This document shows, in pieces, positions 9,084-17,600 of a stretch of 64,000 bases of DNA (the first letter of the stretch is position 1; every line of letters begins with the position of its first letter). The notes under the pieces were generated by a model, which worked only from the letters and a program-made list of their open reading frames with translations, was not told where the DNA came from and searched no databases. The DNA is from a virus: the IMG/VR virus record IMGVR_UViG_3300037501_000212. One strand, given 5' to 3'. The position numbers were made by a program, and so were the translations under genes.

Positions 9084-9584
9084 TTACTTCCTTTCTGCAG
9101 AAAAAGTAAAGTCTGAGATTTGCTTTGCATTCCAGTACCTTTCCATATGAGCTTGCTTCTTTGTTGTCAACATTTTAACAGGCCACCAGTAAGGTGCTTC
9201 TGGATCTACACCAGGCCACATATGTCCGTAGAAATCGTAGTCCTTGCGCACCAGATTGCATCTGTGAGAAAGATGCAATCTTGGGTCTCCCAGCCATTTT
9301 GGCAAGCGAATATTATCACCAAACCACATAGGCAGAGCATAAAAATTCATGCTGTTTTTGAAGCCTCTGCGCTTCCACTCTGAAATAATGACATTTGTGT
9401 ACAGCTTCAAAGCATCTTCATAGCCACGCCACATGCGAACAGCTACATGGTTTTGCCAGCAGCTGCCATGCTCAAGTGTCTGCAATATTTGCATGGCTTC
9501 AACTCTTTGCTTGCCAAGACGCTTAGAGTCAAGACACATTGCACTTTCTAAGAATCCTGCATATGGAAGAAATGTTTGCACCAT
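9084..9584 (-). CDS. possible pyrimidine-dimer DNA glycosylase-like (Pyr_excise-like) protein
   Basis: The N-terminal pattern FLPY..F..SA.CLD.KRLGKQRVEA.QIL...W.NH.A..MW.GY resembles a family I recall annotated as DenV-like glycosylases. This is memory-based only. Confidence 0.4.
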   Translation of the reverse strand: MVQTFLPYAGFLESAMCLDSKRLGKQRVEAMQILQTLEHGSCWQNHVAVRMWRGYEDALKLYTNVIISEWKRRGFKNSMNFYALPMWFGDNIRLPKWLGDPRLHLSHRCNLVRKDYDFYGHMWPGVDPEAPYWWPVKMLTTKKQAHMERYWNAKQISDFTFSAERK

Positions 9585-9610
9585 TACATCCAGTTCAGGT
9601 TTACTTTGAC

Positions 9611-10264
9611 TTACTTGGTTGCTTCCGGATCTTTGCTTGCAGCCAACTGGTCAGACGGAACAAAGTCGGCAAGAGTGCCATTAATCGAGATTTTGGTAAG
9701 CCTTCCTTGATCATTGAATGACATGCAGTCTTGGATGACATTGACGAAGCAAAATGTGCCTCTGACAGAAATGTCCTTCGTTGGATCATCTGACAAAATG
9801 TTGATCTTCTTGTCTTGATCGCCATGATAGCTTTGCTTGCTCATTGCTTCAACCTCTGCAATCTTTTCCTTGGCTGCGGTTCTGGCAGCAGAAGCAGCAG
9901 ATCTGGCAGCAGCGTAAGATTTTGACAATTTATGCATCTCACTTGTGTTCAGTTGCGTCTTGACTAACTCAGCTGGTACAAGCATCAGCAGCTTCATGCT
10001 GCGAACTCCTTCTATTGACTTGACACTGATGCCATTCATAAACGGCACCTTGTCCTTTTCGAATTGCATCAAGTAGTACTTGGCAAAGCTCATCTCTCGC
10101 TGTGCCTGTGCTGGTTTCATCAGATGATCATTCATCACATCAGCAGAGCTGGTTGGCAGACCTGCTGCTGATCTCTTCAGTATTGACTCAAATGCCAGAT
10201 GCACAAGTGATAGCTCTTGCTGCTTTTTGGTCTTCTTGATTCTATTGGTCTTGCTTCTCTTCAT
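9611..10264 (-). CDS. hypothetical protein
   Basis: 217-aa ORF with an ATGA overlap with the upstream gene. Confidence 0.5.
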   Translation of the reverse strand: MKRSKTNRIKKTKKQQELSLVHLAFESILKRSAAGLPTSSADVMNDHLMKPAQAQREMSFAKYYLMQFEKDKVPFMNGISVKSIEGVRSMKLLMLVPAELVKTQLNTSEMHKLSKSYAAARSAASAARTAAKEKIAEVEAMSKQSYHGDQDKKINILSDDPTKDISVRGTFCFVNVIQDCMSFNDQGRLTKISINGTLADFVPSDQLAASKDPEATK

Positions 10265-11103
10265 TTGTCTGCTCCTTCTTGTCTTTCCCTGTTTGATGGT
10301 GAGATTATTGTTTCGCTGATTCTCTTCTTCATTTGCTGCATCATCATTCTGTGTTGCTCAATGAGCTTTTCTCTTATTTGAATCGCCTCCTCCATTGTTG
10401 GCTTTCTCAGCTTTGGCCATATCCAGCTTTTTATCACATTGTCATTGTGGACACGTTCAACTAATTCTTGTGCAAACTTGCCAAACAGGTTGTCAGTCCA
10501 TGGTGGTGTCCAGCCACCTGATCTGCAGATGAACACCATGTCATAAATCTTTGGAGTTGGAAGCTTGTAATTCCAACCACCAAACTTGCCCATTCGCCGT
10601 CTCAGCTCCGCCCTGCTTCTTTCTGGCTGATTGGCTCTCCATGGTGGATAATGAACTGTGTATCTTCCCATTCTTCCAACATTGGCGAGGTAAGCAGCCC
10701 ACTCGCCGCAATCTACATGGCTATCTCTATCCATATCCCCATATCCACAGTCATGGTGCTGGTCAAAGTTGTCAACCTCATGTGCATAGCAATCCTTGTC
10801 AGAAAGATACTTTGCCAGCCCTGCATGACTTTCTTCTATCAGAAGATCAAACTTACTGCTTGGATGGATGGTCCTTTCCCAAAAGTTGTCCAGCAACATT
10901 GGATCAGGCTTCATACAATCTAGCACAGATTCTCTTGTCTTCATGTTGAAGTCATTGCATCGAATCATCCATACATGCTCAATCAGCATCGCTGACTCAT
11001 TGTGTCCCCAATCCATCCATGCCATGTCTGGAAAGAAATAATCCCAATCAACTGACAAGATTCGGTTGTACTCCTTTATTCTCCTCCTATGTTCCCTACT
11101 CAT
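10261..11103 (-). CDS. hypothetical protein (His/Asp-rich motif NFDQHHDCGYGD)
   Basis: 280-aa ORF. Possible metal-binding motifs, but the family was not recognised. Confidence 0.55.
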   Translation of the reverse strand: MSREHRRRIKEYNRILSVDWDYFFPDMAWMDWGHNESAMLIEHVWMIRCNDFNMKTRESVLDCMKPDPMLLDNFWERTIHPSSKFDLLIEESHAGLAKYLSDKDCYAHEVDNFDQHHDCGYGDMDRDSHVDCGEWAAYLANVGRMGRYTVHYPPWRANQPERSRAELRRRMGKFGGWNYKLPTPKIYDMVFICRSGGWTPPWTDNLFGKFAQELVERVHNDNVIKSWIWPKLRKPTMEEAIQIREKLIEQHRMMMQQMKKRISETIISPSNRERQEGADK

Positions 11104-11128
11104 ATTCTCCTCCTATGTTCCCTACTCA

Positions 11129-11725
11129 TCAATTGCCTACTTTTACAAATTGGAATATCATCTTGCTTGTCTTGGCAGCAGATGCAGCTGTCTCTGCAGC
11201 TGGTGCTGCTGGATGTATATCTCTTCCTCTTCCATCAACAGGTGGCAGCTCAATGAATTCCACCTTCCTTGGTACTTCAAACATCAATTCTCCTTCCTTT
11301 GCCATTTCCTCATTTGGAAGGATGATTGTTCCATTGAATCTCCAGTTTGTTCTTGATATTCTAACAACACCAGATCTTTTGCTTTCCTCTGCAGTCTTTG
11401 TGTCTCCACGATAGCAAATCTTCAGCCCATTTGGATCTGGTCTTATCAATCCAAATCGATCATTCTTGTCAATAAGGACATCAATTCTTTGCCCTATAGA
11501 GAATCCAACCATCTTCATCAACTCATTTCCAATTACAATGACAAGCTGGAAATGCACAAATGGCCGACTTCGATCTACAGCTGTGTTGTACAATCTGGCT
11601 GTTAGCAGTCTTCCATCTCTTCCTCTGCCTGTTGTTCTATCTACTTCCTTCTTGTCTTCCTTGATTGGCTTTTTGCGCAGGATTGATTCAAATGCCATGT
11701 CAATCTCTCCTTCGGTTTTCTTCAT
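11129..11725 (-). CDS. hypothetical protein
   Basis: 198-aa ORF, the first gene of the minus-strand block next to the divergent region. Confidence 0.5.
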   Translation of the reverse strand: MKKTEGEIDMAFESILRKKPIKEDKKEVDRTTGRGRDGRLLTARLYNTAVDRSRPFVHFQLVIVIGNELMKMVGFSIGQRIDVLIDKNDRFGLIRPDPNGLKICYRGDTKTAEESKRSGVVRISRTNWRFNGTIILPNEEMAKEGELMFEVPRKVEFIELPPVDGRGRDIHPAAPAAETAASAAKTSKMIFQFVKVGN

Positions 11726-11845
11726 TTTGTCGATTGCCGTTTCTTCCAGGGAACGACTGGTCTTACTTTCTTATTCGCCATTTGTGTGTGGATGTGTGAA
11801 AAAATTTTCTTTACTTTTCGTGTTGCATCAGGTAAGATTCTGTCC

Positions 11846-12634
11846 ATGAGCGACTCTATAAAAAGAATCAAAGATCCTCTACGACGGTCCAAGTTGATTG
11901 CTCCCAATATTGGCGATGGAGCCATTCCAAAACAACTGCGCAATGTTAGAACTGGTAGAAAGTCTACTGACAAGCTGAATACGATGCAGCGTCGGTTTGT
12001 TGACAATTATGTCAAAACTGGACGCAAGGGATGGTCTGCGACTCAAGCTGGCTACAGTGGTGGGCCAAATGCTGCGTCAAACATGTTGAAAAATCCAAAG
12101 ATCCAGGCCGCCATTGAGTCCCGCAGGGCTAAGATGCAGCAGGTTGTAGATGAAATCTTCTCGGTTGAAGCTAAGGAAGTTTTGCGTGAGATTGCATTGA
12201 TTGCATTCAGCAACATGGGTGATTTCTTCAAGGATTGGGGACAGCGACAGAAGACAATTTCAATTCCTGGCAAGGATGGTAAGGTTCAGACAATCACCAT
12301 CAATGAGAACTTTGTCATACCAAAGAGCAAGAGCGAGCTGTCAGAGCTGCAGCAGCGTTGCATTGATGAGATTAGCCTTGAGGAAAGCAACAAGGGCAAG
12401 ACATTTCGATTCAAGATCAAGGACAAGCTGGGTGCACTCAAGCTGCTTGGCAGCTACTTTGGATTGTTTGATGGTGGTGGCAAACGGGTTGATCCCAATG
12501 ACACTGTTGCACAGCTGAGAGAAGCAGCTGCCAGGATGGACAATCTGATGCCTGGTGGCTCTCGCAACAACGGTGTTACATCTGAGGATATGCCTGACTA
12601 TGAGGAAGATCCAGCTGATTCTGATGATGAGTAG
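11846..12634 (+). CDS. terS: terminase small subunit
   Basis: MQRRFVDNYVKTGRKGWSATQAGYSGGPNAASNMLKNPKIQAAIE resembles the HTH N-terminus of Terminase_2-type small subunits. It is the first gene of the late block upstream of terL. ATG 11846 is preferred over GTG 11786. Confidence 0.7.
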   Translation: MSDSIKRIKDPLRRSKLIAPNIGDGAIPKQLRNVRTGRKSTDKLNTMQRRFVDNYVKTGRKGWSATQAGYSGGPNAASNMLKNPKIQAAIESRRAKMQQVVDEIFSVEAKEVLREIALIAFSNMGDFFKDWGQRQKTISIPGKDGKVQTITINENFVIPKSKSELSELQQRCIDEISLEESNKGKTFRFKIKDKLGALKLLGSYFGLFDGGGKRVDPNDTVAQLREAAARMDNLMPGGSRNNGVTSEDMPDYEEDPADSDDE

Positions 12635-12798
12635 TCTTGCACTCATCTCTTGCACAGAGCAGAAGGTCTATGTTCTTCAAATCAAGGACAGCTACAACGT
12701 TTGCGTGAATATCAAGACCACCATTGACAAGCCATTTGAGCTGACTGCAGACATTCCAATCAGTGTGATTCCAAAATCAGAAGCAAAGGAGGAGTCAA

Positions 12799-13662
12799 GT
12801 GCTGAAAAACAAGATCGCCCTATGTGTTGGAATCAATAACTATCCTGGCATTGACTCAGATTTGTCTGGCTGCGTGAATGATGCCAAGGACTGGTCCGAG
12901 CTGCTAAAGAAAAATGGATTTGTCGTTGGTCTTTTGCTTGACCAGGTGGCAACTCGATCAAATGTTTTGCATCGCTTGCATTCAATGGTAGCTGTGCTGC
13001 AACCAAATGACACCATGGTGTTTACATTCAGTGGGCATGGCACTCAAGTGCCAGATGAGAACAGTGATGAGCCAGATGGGCTGGATGAATGTCTGTGCTG
13101 CTATGACAGCAAGTTTGGTGGTCTTATTTATGATGATGAGATTTGGAAGATCTTCCGCAGCAAGAAGCCTGGTGTGAAGATTGTCATGATCAGCGACTCT
13201 TGTCATTCAGGCACCGTAGCTCGCAAGATGGGTGCAAGACCTTTGCTGCTTGATCCAGACAAGCAAAATGGTCCACCAATTGCTCGAAGAAAGTATGTTC
13301 CGTATCAGGTGCTGGAAATGGCTGGCTGCATGCCAAGAGGTCCTGAGCTGGATCCAGCTGCCAGGCAAATGCTGTCAGAAGAAGGTGGCTGGCTGAAGGA
13401 ATCTGTTGGCTCAGACAAGGTGCCATGGCCTTTGCTTCTTCTATCTGGATGTCAAGACAACGAGTACAGCTACGATGCTGAGATAAACCATCGCCCCAAT
13501 GGTGCTTTGACTGCTTATGCAATCAGCACCTACAACAATCTTCCAAAAGATGTCACCTACCGACAATGGTTCACTGAAATTCGCAGCAAACTGCCAAACT
13601 TATACTATCCACAGACACCTCGCATGGCTGGTTCCTATATTGATACTCCAGCACTCAGCTAA
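12799..13662 (+). CDS. caspase-fold (peptidase C14, metacaspase/orthocaspase-like) protease
   Basis: Catalytic dyad motifs in canonical order, FTFSGHG (His) and ISDSCHSG (Cys). N-terminal LCVGINNYPG...GCVNDA and p10-like LSGCQDNEYSYD...GALTAYA. AGGAGG lies 6 nt before GTG 12799. Confidence 0.85.
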   Translation: MLKNKIALCVGINNYPGIDSDLSGCVNDAKDWSELLKKNGFVVGLLLDQVATRSNVLHRLHSMVAVLQPNDTMVFTFSGHGTQVPDENSDEPDGLDECLCCYDSKFGGLIYDDEIWKIFRSKKPGVKIVMISDSCHSGTVARKMGARPLLLDPDKQNGPPIARRKYVPYQVLEMAGCMPRGPELDPAARQMLSEEGGWLKESVGSDKVPWPLLLLSGCQDNEYSYDAEINHRPNGALTAYAISTYNNLPKDVTYRQWFTEIRSKLPNLYYPQTPRMAGSYIDTPALS

Positions 13663-13673
13663 GGAGGAATCAA

Positions 13674-13856
13674 ATGGCAAAGCTAATGATCAAAAAAGCT
13701 CGTACTGCTGCGCAAAAGGCTGCTGCAAAGAAATGGGCTGCAGCTGGTGCTGCCAAGCGCAAGACTGGCAAGAAGATGGGGTTGAAGGAGTACCTCAAAA
13801 GAAGCTCCAAAGGCAACCGCACTGGATACAGTGCTCGCATAGAGGCTTTCTACTGA
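13674..13856 (+). CDS. small Lys/Arg/Ala-rich basic protein
   Basis: 60-aa ORF with a strong RBS (AAGGAGG, 6 nt spacer). Contains KKWAAAGAAKRK, a motif repeated in ORF 15654-15767. Confidence 0.5.
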   Translation: MAKLMIKKARTAAQKAAAKKWAAAGAAKRKTGKKMGLKEYLKRSSKGNRTGYSARIEAFY

Positions 13857-13877
13857 TATCCAGAGAATTCCAAGAAG

Positions 13878-14093
13878 TTGCTGCGTGGTGTGTACAAAAC
13901 CATCCTTGCCAAAGAGATCAACAGTGCAAAGGCTTACAACAAGAACAGACGTGGTTCCAATCGCTTTGATCTCACCAAAGGCTCCAAGGACTTTGCCAAC
14001 ATTCGTAAGGCAGCAGCCAACACATTCAAAGACAAAGTTCGGTTGCACAACTTTTCGTCTGGCAAGACCAATTCTTACATGAAGAAGCGATAA
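13878..14093 (+). CDS. small basic protein (possible readthrough extension of 13674-13856)
   Basis: In frame with the previous ORF across a single TGA (13854-13856). The only start is TTG 13878, with no RBS. Confidence 0.3.
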   Translation: MLRGVYKTILAKEINSAKAYNKNRRGSNRFDLTKGSKDFANIRKAAANTFKDKVRLHNFSSGKTNSYMKKR

Positions 14094-14095
14094 GC

Positions 14096-14278
14096 TTGGC
14101 TGACATACTTCCATTTCCATCACATGCAGAAGAGCTTGGATTCGGCTACATCATCTGTGGTGAGTGCAAGGGCAGGCACTTTATTGTTGAAGTTGAAGAT
14201 GGTGTCGGCAAATATCATGTCTCAGTCTTGCATTGCACCAAATGTGGTGCTTATCTTGAGTTAGACAAAACCAAATGA
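14096..14278 (+). CDS. zinc-ribbon small protein
   Basis: CGECKG...CTKCG (two CxxC pairs). TTG start 2 nt after the preceding TAA. Its stop overlaps the terL ATG (ATGA). Confidence 0.45.
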   Translation: MADILPFPSHAEELGFGYIICGECKGRHFIVEVEDGVGKYHVSVLHCTKCGAYLELDKTK

Positions 14279-15657
14279 CAGAAAATCCTCCATTGTTGAC
14301 ACCTCGCTGGACTCCTATGAAGGAGCATGATGAGCAAGCTCGTTTGGTTTCGAGTCTTGCCAGATTCCGTGTTGTTCCAGCTGGTCGGCGATCAGGCAAG
14401 ACTGAATTGGTCGGCAAGAGACAAATGATTCAGCGATGCCTGTCATGCCATGATCCAAGCAGTCGTTACTTCCGTCCATTTGCAGATCCTCGCTTTTTTG
14501 TAGCAGCTCCAACTCGTGACCAGGCCAAGAGAATTTATTGGTCTGATTTGAAGGCTTTGACACCTAAGTGGTCCATGTCAAAGGCACCCAACGAGAGCCA
14601 CCTGGTGATCAGCTATATCACTGGTGCAGAGCTGCATGTTTTGGGGATGGATCGGCCAGAGCGTGTAGAAGGTACTCCATGGGATCATGGATTGCTGGAT
14701 GAATATGGCAACATGAAGAAGCAGACATGGGAGGCACATGTTCGGCCTTCCTTGTCTGATCGCAAGGGTGGCTGTGACTTCATTGGTGTGCCAGAAGGTC
14801 GCAACCACTACTACGATTTGTACAAGCGTGCTCAAAAGCGCAAGGCAGAAGCTCTTGCAAAGGGCTTGTATCCAACCTGGGATGTCTTCTGGTGGCCAAG
14901 TCGTGACATTCTCGATTCAGACGAAATAGAGGAAGCTAAGCAAGACCTTGATGAGTTGACATACCAGCAAGAGTATGAAGGAAGTTTCATCAATTTTACA
15001 GGTCGTGCTTACTATGCCTTCCAAGAGCACTTGCACTGCAAGCGAATGTTCTACGACAAGTTCTCAGACTTAATTCTGGCCATGGACTTCAACGTAGCGC
15101 CTGGTGTAGCTGTGATCATGCAGGAGCAGGTCTTGCCAGGCAATCTTGGCTTTACTGGAACTGGTATCATTGGAGAGGTGTACATTCCTCGCAACAGCAA
15201 CACCGAGCTGGTCACTCGGAAGTTCATCACTGATTGGGGAAAGCACAAAGGTCGCATCTTCGTCTATGGTGACTACACTGGTGGAAGTTCCAAGAGCAGC
15301 AGCTTGATGGGCAGCGACTGGGAGATTGTCAAACGCATGCTGCGTGCCCACTTTGATCCAGAGAAGCTGTTCTTCCGCATCAAGCCCAATCCTCGTGAGA
15401 GGGATCGTGTCAATTCTGTTAACAGCCGACTGCTGTCAATGGATGGTCGCATTCGGATGATGGTTGATCCTGGCAAGGCTCCAAATGTTGTCAAGGACTT
15501 TGAAGGTGTCACATTGGTAGAAGGTGGCAGCGGAGAAATTGACAAGAAGGAGAATCCTGATCTTACTCATTTGACAGATGCAATCGGCTACTATGTGTGG
15601 ACCGAATATCCGCTGTCTCGTGTCTGGGAACCTCTTAAAGAAAGGTATTGGAAATGA
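14275..15657 (+). CDS. terL: terminase large subunit
   Basis: Walker A VPAGRRSGKTE and Walker B GLLDEYGNM. C-terminal nuclease-type acidic motifs (LAMDFNVAPG, VYGDYTGG, HLTDAIGYY). 460 aa. Confidence 0.85.
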   Translation: MTENPPLLTPRWTPMKEHDEQARLVSSLARFRVVPAGRRSGKTELVGKRQMIQRCLSCHDPSSRYFRPFADPRFFVAAPTRDQAKRIYWSDLKALTPKWSMSKAPNESHLVISYITGAELHVLGMDRPERVEGTPWDHGLLDEYGNMKKQTWEAHVRPSLSDRKGGCDFIGVPEGRNHYYDLYKRAQKRKAEALAKGLYPTWDVFWWPSRDILDSDEIEEAKQDLDELTYQQEYEGSFINFTGRAYYAFQEHLHCKRMFYDKFSDLILAMDFNVAPGVAVIMQEQVLPGNLGFTGTGIIGEVYIPRNSNTELVTRKFITDWGKHKGRIFVYGDYTGGSSKSSSLMGSDWEIVKRMLRAHFDPEKLFFRIKPNPRERDRVNSVNSRLLSMDGRIRMMVDPGKAPNVVKDFEGVTLVEGGSGEIDKKENPDLTHLTDAIGYYVWTEYPLSRVWEPLKERYWK

Positions 15658-15767
15658 GCAAGCGCAGATCTTATCGAATGACTCAGGCTCGCAAGGAAGC
15701 AACCAAGCGCTGGCAAGCTGCTGGTGCTGCCAAACGCAAGCTTAGCAGTTCTTCCATGTTCGCATAA
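15654..15767 (+). CDS. small basic peptide (paralogous motif to 13674-13856)
   Basis: 37-aa ORF MSKRRSYRMTQARKEATKRWQAAGAAKRKLSSSSMFA. ATGA overlap with the terL stop. Not in the ORF track because it is under 60 aa. Confidence 0.35.
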   Translation: MSKRRSYRMTQARKEATKRWQAAGAAKRKLSSSSMFA

Positions 15768-15875
15768 GTAAGGCATTGGTGCATGGCTATGGCAAGCTGT
15801 CTGGCAAAGCTCGCAATGCAACTGGTCCGAAGAAGTTGAATATCAAGATGGCAAAGGCCAAGCTTTGGGACAAAC

Positions 15876-16250
15876 TTGGGCAATGGTAGGCCAAACACAA
15901 TGGACAGTCCTGTTTGCAAGTTTACAAAGGTTGACAAGCTTTGGGGGCATGAAGAGATCATCGTAAATGATGAGTTCTGCTTCAAGCGTCTTGTTGTCAA
16001 CAAGGGATGGAGAGTCAGCTATCACCACCACAAGATTAAGGATGAGCTGTTCTATCTTGAGAAAGGACTGGTGGTGATTGAACTGAATACGGTGGAATAC
16101 ACACTTGGGCCAGGCCAATGGCTGCGTGTTAGGCCTGGTGACTGGCACTCCTTTGCAGCACTGGCTGATTCGGTGCTGCTTGAAGCCAGCACCCACGATG
16201 ATCCTTCTGACAGCTACAGAGATCCAAGTCGGTTGAGTGGAAGGTGGTAG
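15876..16250 (+). CDS. cupin-domain protein (sugar-phosphate isomerase-like?)
   Basis: WGHEEIIVND...SYHHHKIKDELFYLEKG...PGDWHSF is a typical cupin two-motif pattern. Start uncertain (TTG 15876 or ATG 15900). Confidence 0.6.
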   Translation: MGNGRPNTMDSPVCKFTKVDKLWGHEEIIVNDEFCFKRLVVNKGWRVSYHHHKIKDELFYLEKGLVVIELNTVEYTLGPGQWLRVRPGDWHSFAALADSVLLEASTHDDPSDSYRDPSRLSGRW

Positions 16251-16253
16251 TCT

Positions 16254-16739
16254 GTGTCTTCTGAACACAAAATAATGAAGCTGGCAGAGCTTAGGAAGGC
16301 ATTGGTGCATGTCAGAAAGTATCTTGGCACCATTGTGTTCACCAATGGTTGCTTTGATATTCTGCATGCTGGCCATGTTGATTATTTAGAAAAGGCAAAG
16401 CAGCTTGGTACGGTGCTGGTTGTTGGTGTCAACTGCGACAGATCTGTCAGAAATCTCAAAGGTCCAGCTCGTCCATACACACCGATGGATGAAAGATGCA
16501 GAATCATAGCAGCACTTGCTTGTGTTGACTATGTTACCATCTTCTTCCAGAACACTCCAATGAAGTTGATTGAGCATCTGCGCCCACACATCATCGTAAA
16601 GGGAGATGATTGGAAGGAAGATGGTGTCGCTGGTGCTAAGTTCATAAAGGACTATGGCGGAAAAGTGATTCTTGTTGAGCAGGTGTTCTCAGTTCACACC
16701 ACTGCTTTGATAGAAAGAATTAAGGGTGAAAAGCCTTAG
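16254..16739 (+). CDS. hldC: D-glycero-beta-D-manno-heptose 1-phosphate adenylyltransferase (RfaE domain II type)
   Basis: FTNGCFDILHAGHVDYLEKAKQLG...LVVGVNCDRSVR...KGPARP...ERCRIIAALACVDYV closely follows the HldE C-terminal/HldC cytidylyltransferase-fold signature. It is adjacent to the matching kinase. Confidence 0.85.
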   Translation: MSSEHKIMKLAELRKALVHVRKYLGTIVFTNGCFDILHAGHVDYLEKAKQLGTVLVVGVNCDRSVRNLKGPARPYTPMDERCRIIAALACVDYVTIFFQNTPMKLIEHLRPHIIVKGDDWKEDGVAGAKFIKDYGGKVILVEQVFSVHTTALIERIKGEKP

Positions 16740-17598
16740 ACCAAAGATCCTTGTGATAGGTGATCTAATCATAGACGAATATGTCTATGGGGATTGCCAC
16801 CGCATCAGCCCAGAGGCACCAGTGCCTGTTGTCAGTGAGACTCGTCGGTTCATCACCCAGGGAGGCGCTGGGAATGTCGCTGAGAATCTCAAGGCATTGG
16901 GAGCAGAGGTTACATTCTGGTATGGTGAAAAGAGCAGCCACAAGATGCGTATTGTAGCTGGCCATCAGCATGTGGTGCGATTGGACAAGGATGACCTGAC
17001 AGAGGTGCCTTCTCCTGGTATGCTTGAGGACTGGGTCTACTATGTTGACTTGGTTGTTGTAAGTGACTATTGCAAGGGTGTTGTTACGGAGGAGATGCTT
17101 GAACTGCTGAATGAGTATTGTTCGATATATGGCAAGCCACTGATGGTGGATCCATACAATGGTCGCTGCAACTATGGTGCTGCAGTCACTTTGATAAAGC
17201 CTAATCGCTACGAGTGCCAATCTGTGACTGGCATCAAAATTGTTGACAACACAAGTTTGCACGAGTCTGCCCAAAAATATCTGCAGATGTCTAAAGCCAA
17301 GCATTTGGTTGTTACATTGGGTGCTGAAGGCATGGTTTTGTTCTATTCGGACAACAAAGTTGAACCATACCATTCCAGATGTGAGCCAAGACAAATATTC
17401 GATGTGACTGGAGCTGGTGACACAGCCATGGCAACACTGGCATACATATGGGCGTTGCCTGAAGGTGGTAAACTGAGCAAGCGCTCTTCGGTTGATTGGG
17501 CTGCAAAAGCAGCCAGCTTGGCTGTGGAGAAGCTTGGTACATCTGTAATTGGCTACAAAGAGCTGTTTGGTGAAAATTTTAACAACAAGGAGAAATAG
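16726..17598 (+). CDS. hldA: D-glycero-beta-D-manno-heptose 7-phosphate kinase (RfaE domain I, pfkB family)
   Basis: ILVIGDLIIDEYVYGDCHRISPEAPVPVV...GGAGNVAENLKALG and DVTGAGDT (pfkB motif) are typical of the HldE N-terminal/HldA kinase. It overlaps hldC. Confidence 0.85.
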   Translation: MKSLRPKILVIGDLIIDEYVYGDCHRISPEAPVPVVSETRRFITQGGAGNVAENLKALGAEVTFWYGEKSSHKMRIVAGHQHVVRLDKDDLTEVPSPGMLEDWVYYVDLVVVSDYCKGVVTEEMLELLNEYCSIYGKPLMVDPYNGRCNYGAAVTLIKPNRYECQSVTGIKIVDNTSLHESAQKYLQMSKAKHLVVTLGAEGMVLFYSDNKVEPYHSRCEPRQIFDVTGAGDTAMATLAYIWALPEGGKLSKRSSVDWAAKAASLAVEKLGTSVIGYKELFGENFNNKEK

Positions 17599-17600
17599 CC

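Noticed and set aside
12624-12839. Small ORF (MMSSLALISC...) between terS and the caspase gene
   Set aside because: It has no RBS and only a short, atypical signal/lipobox. It also overlaps the strong RBS and start of the caspase gene. I do not consider it supported.
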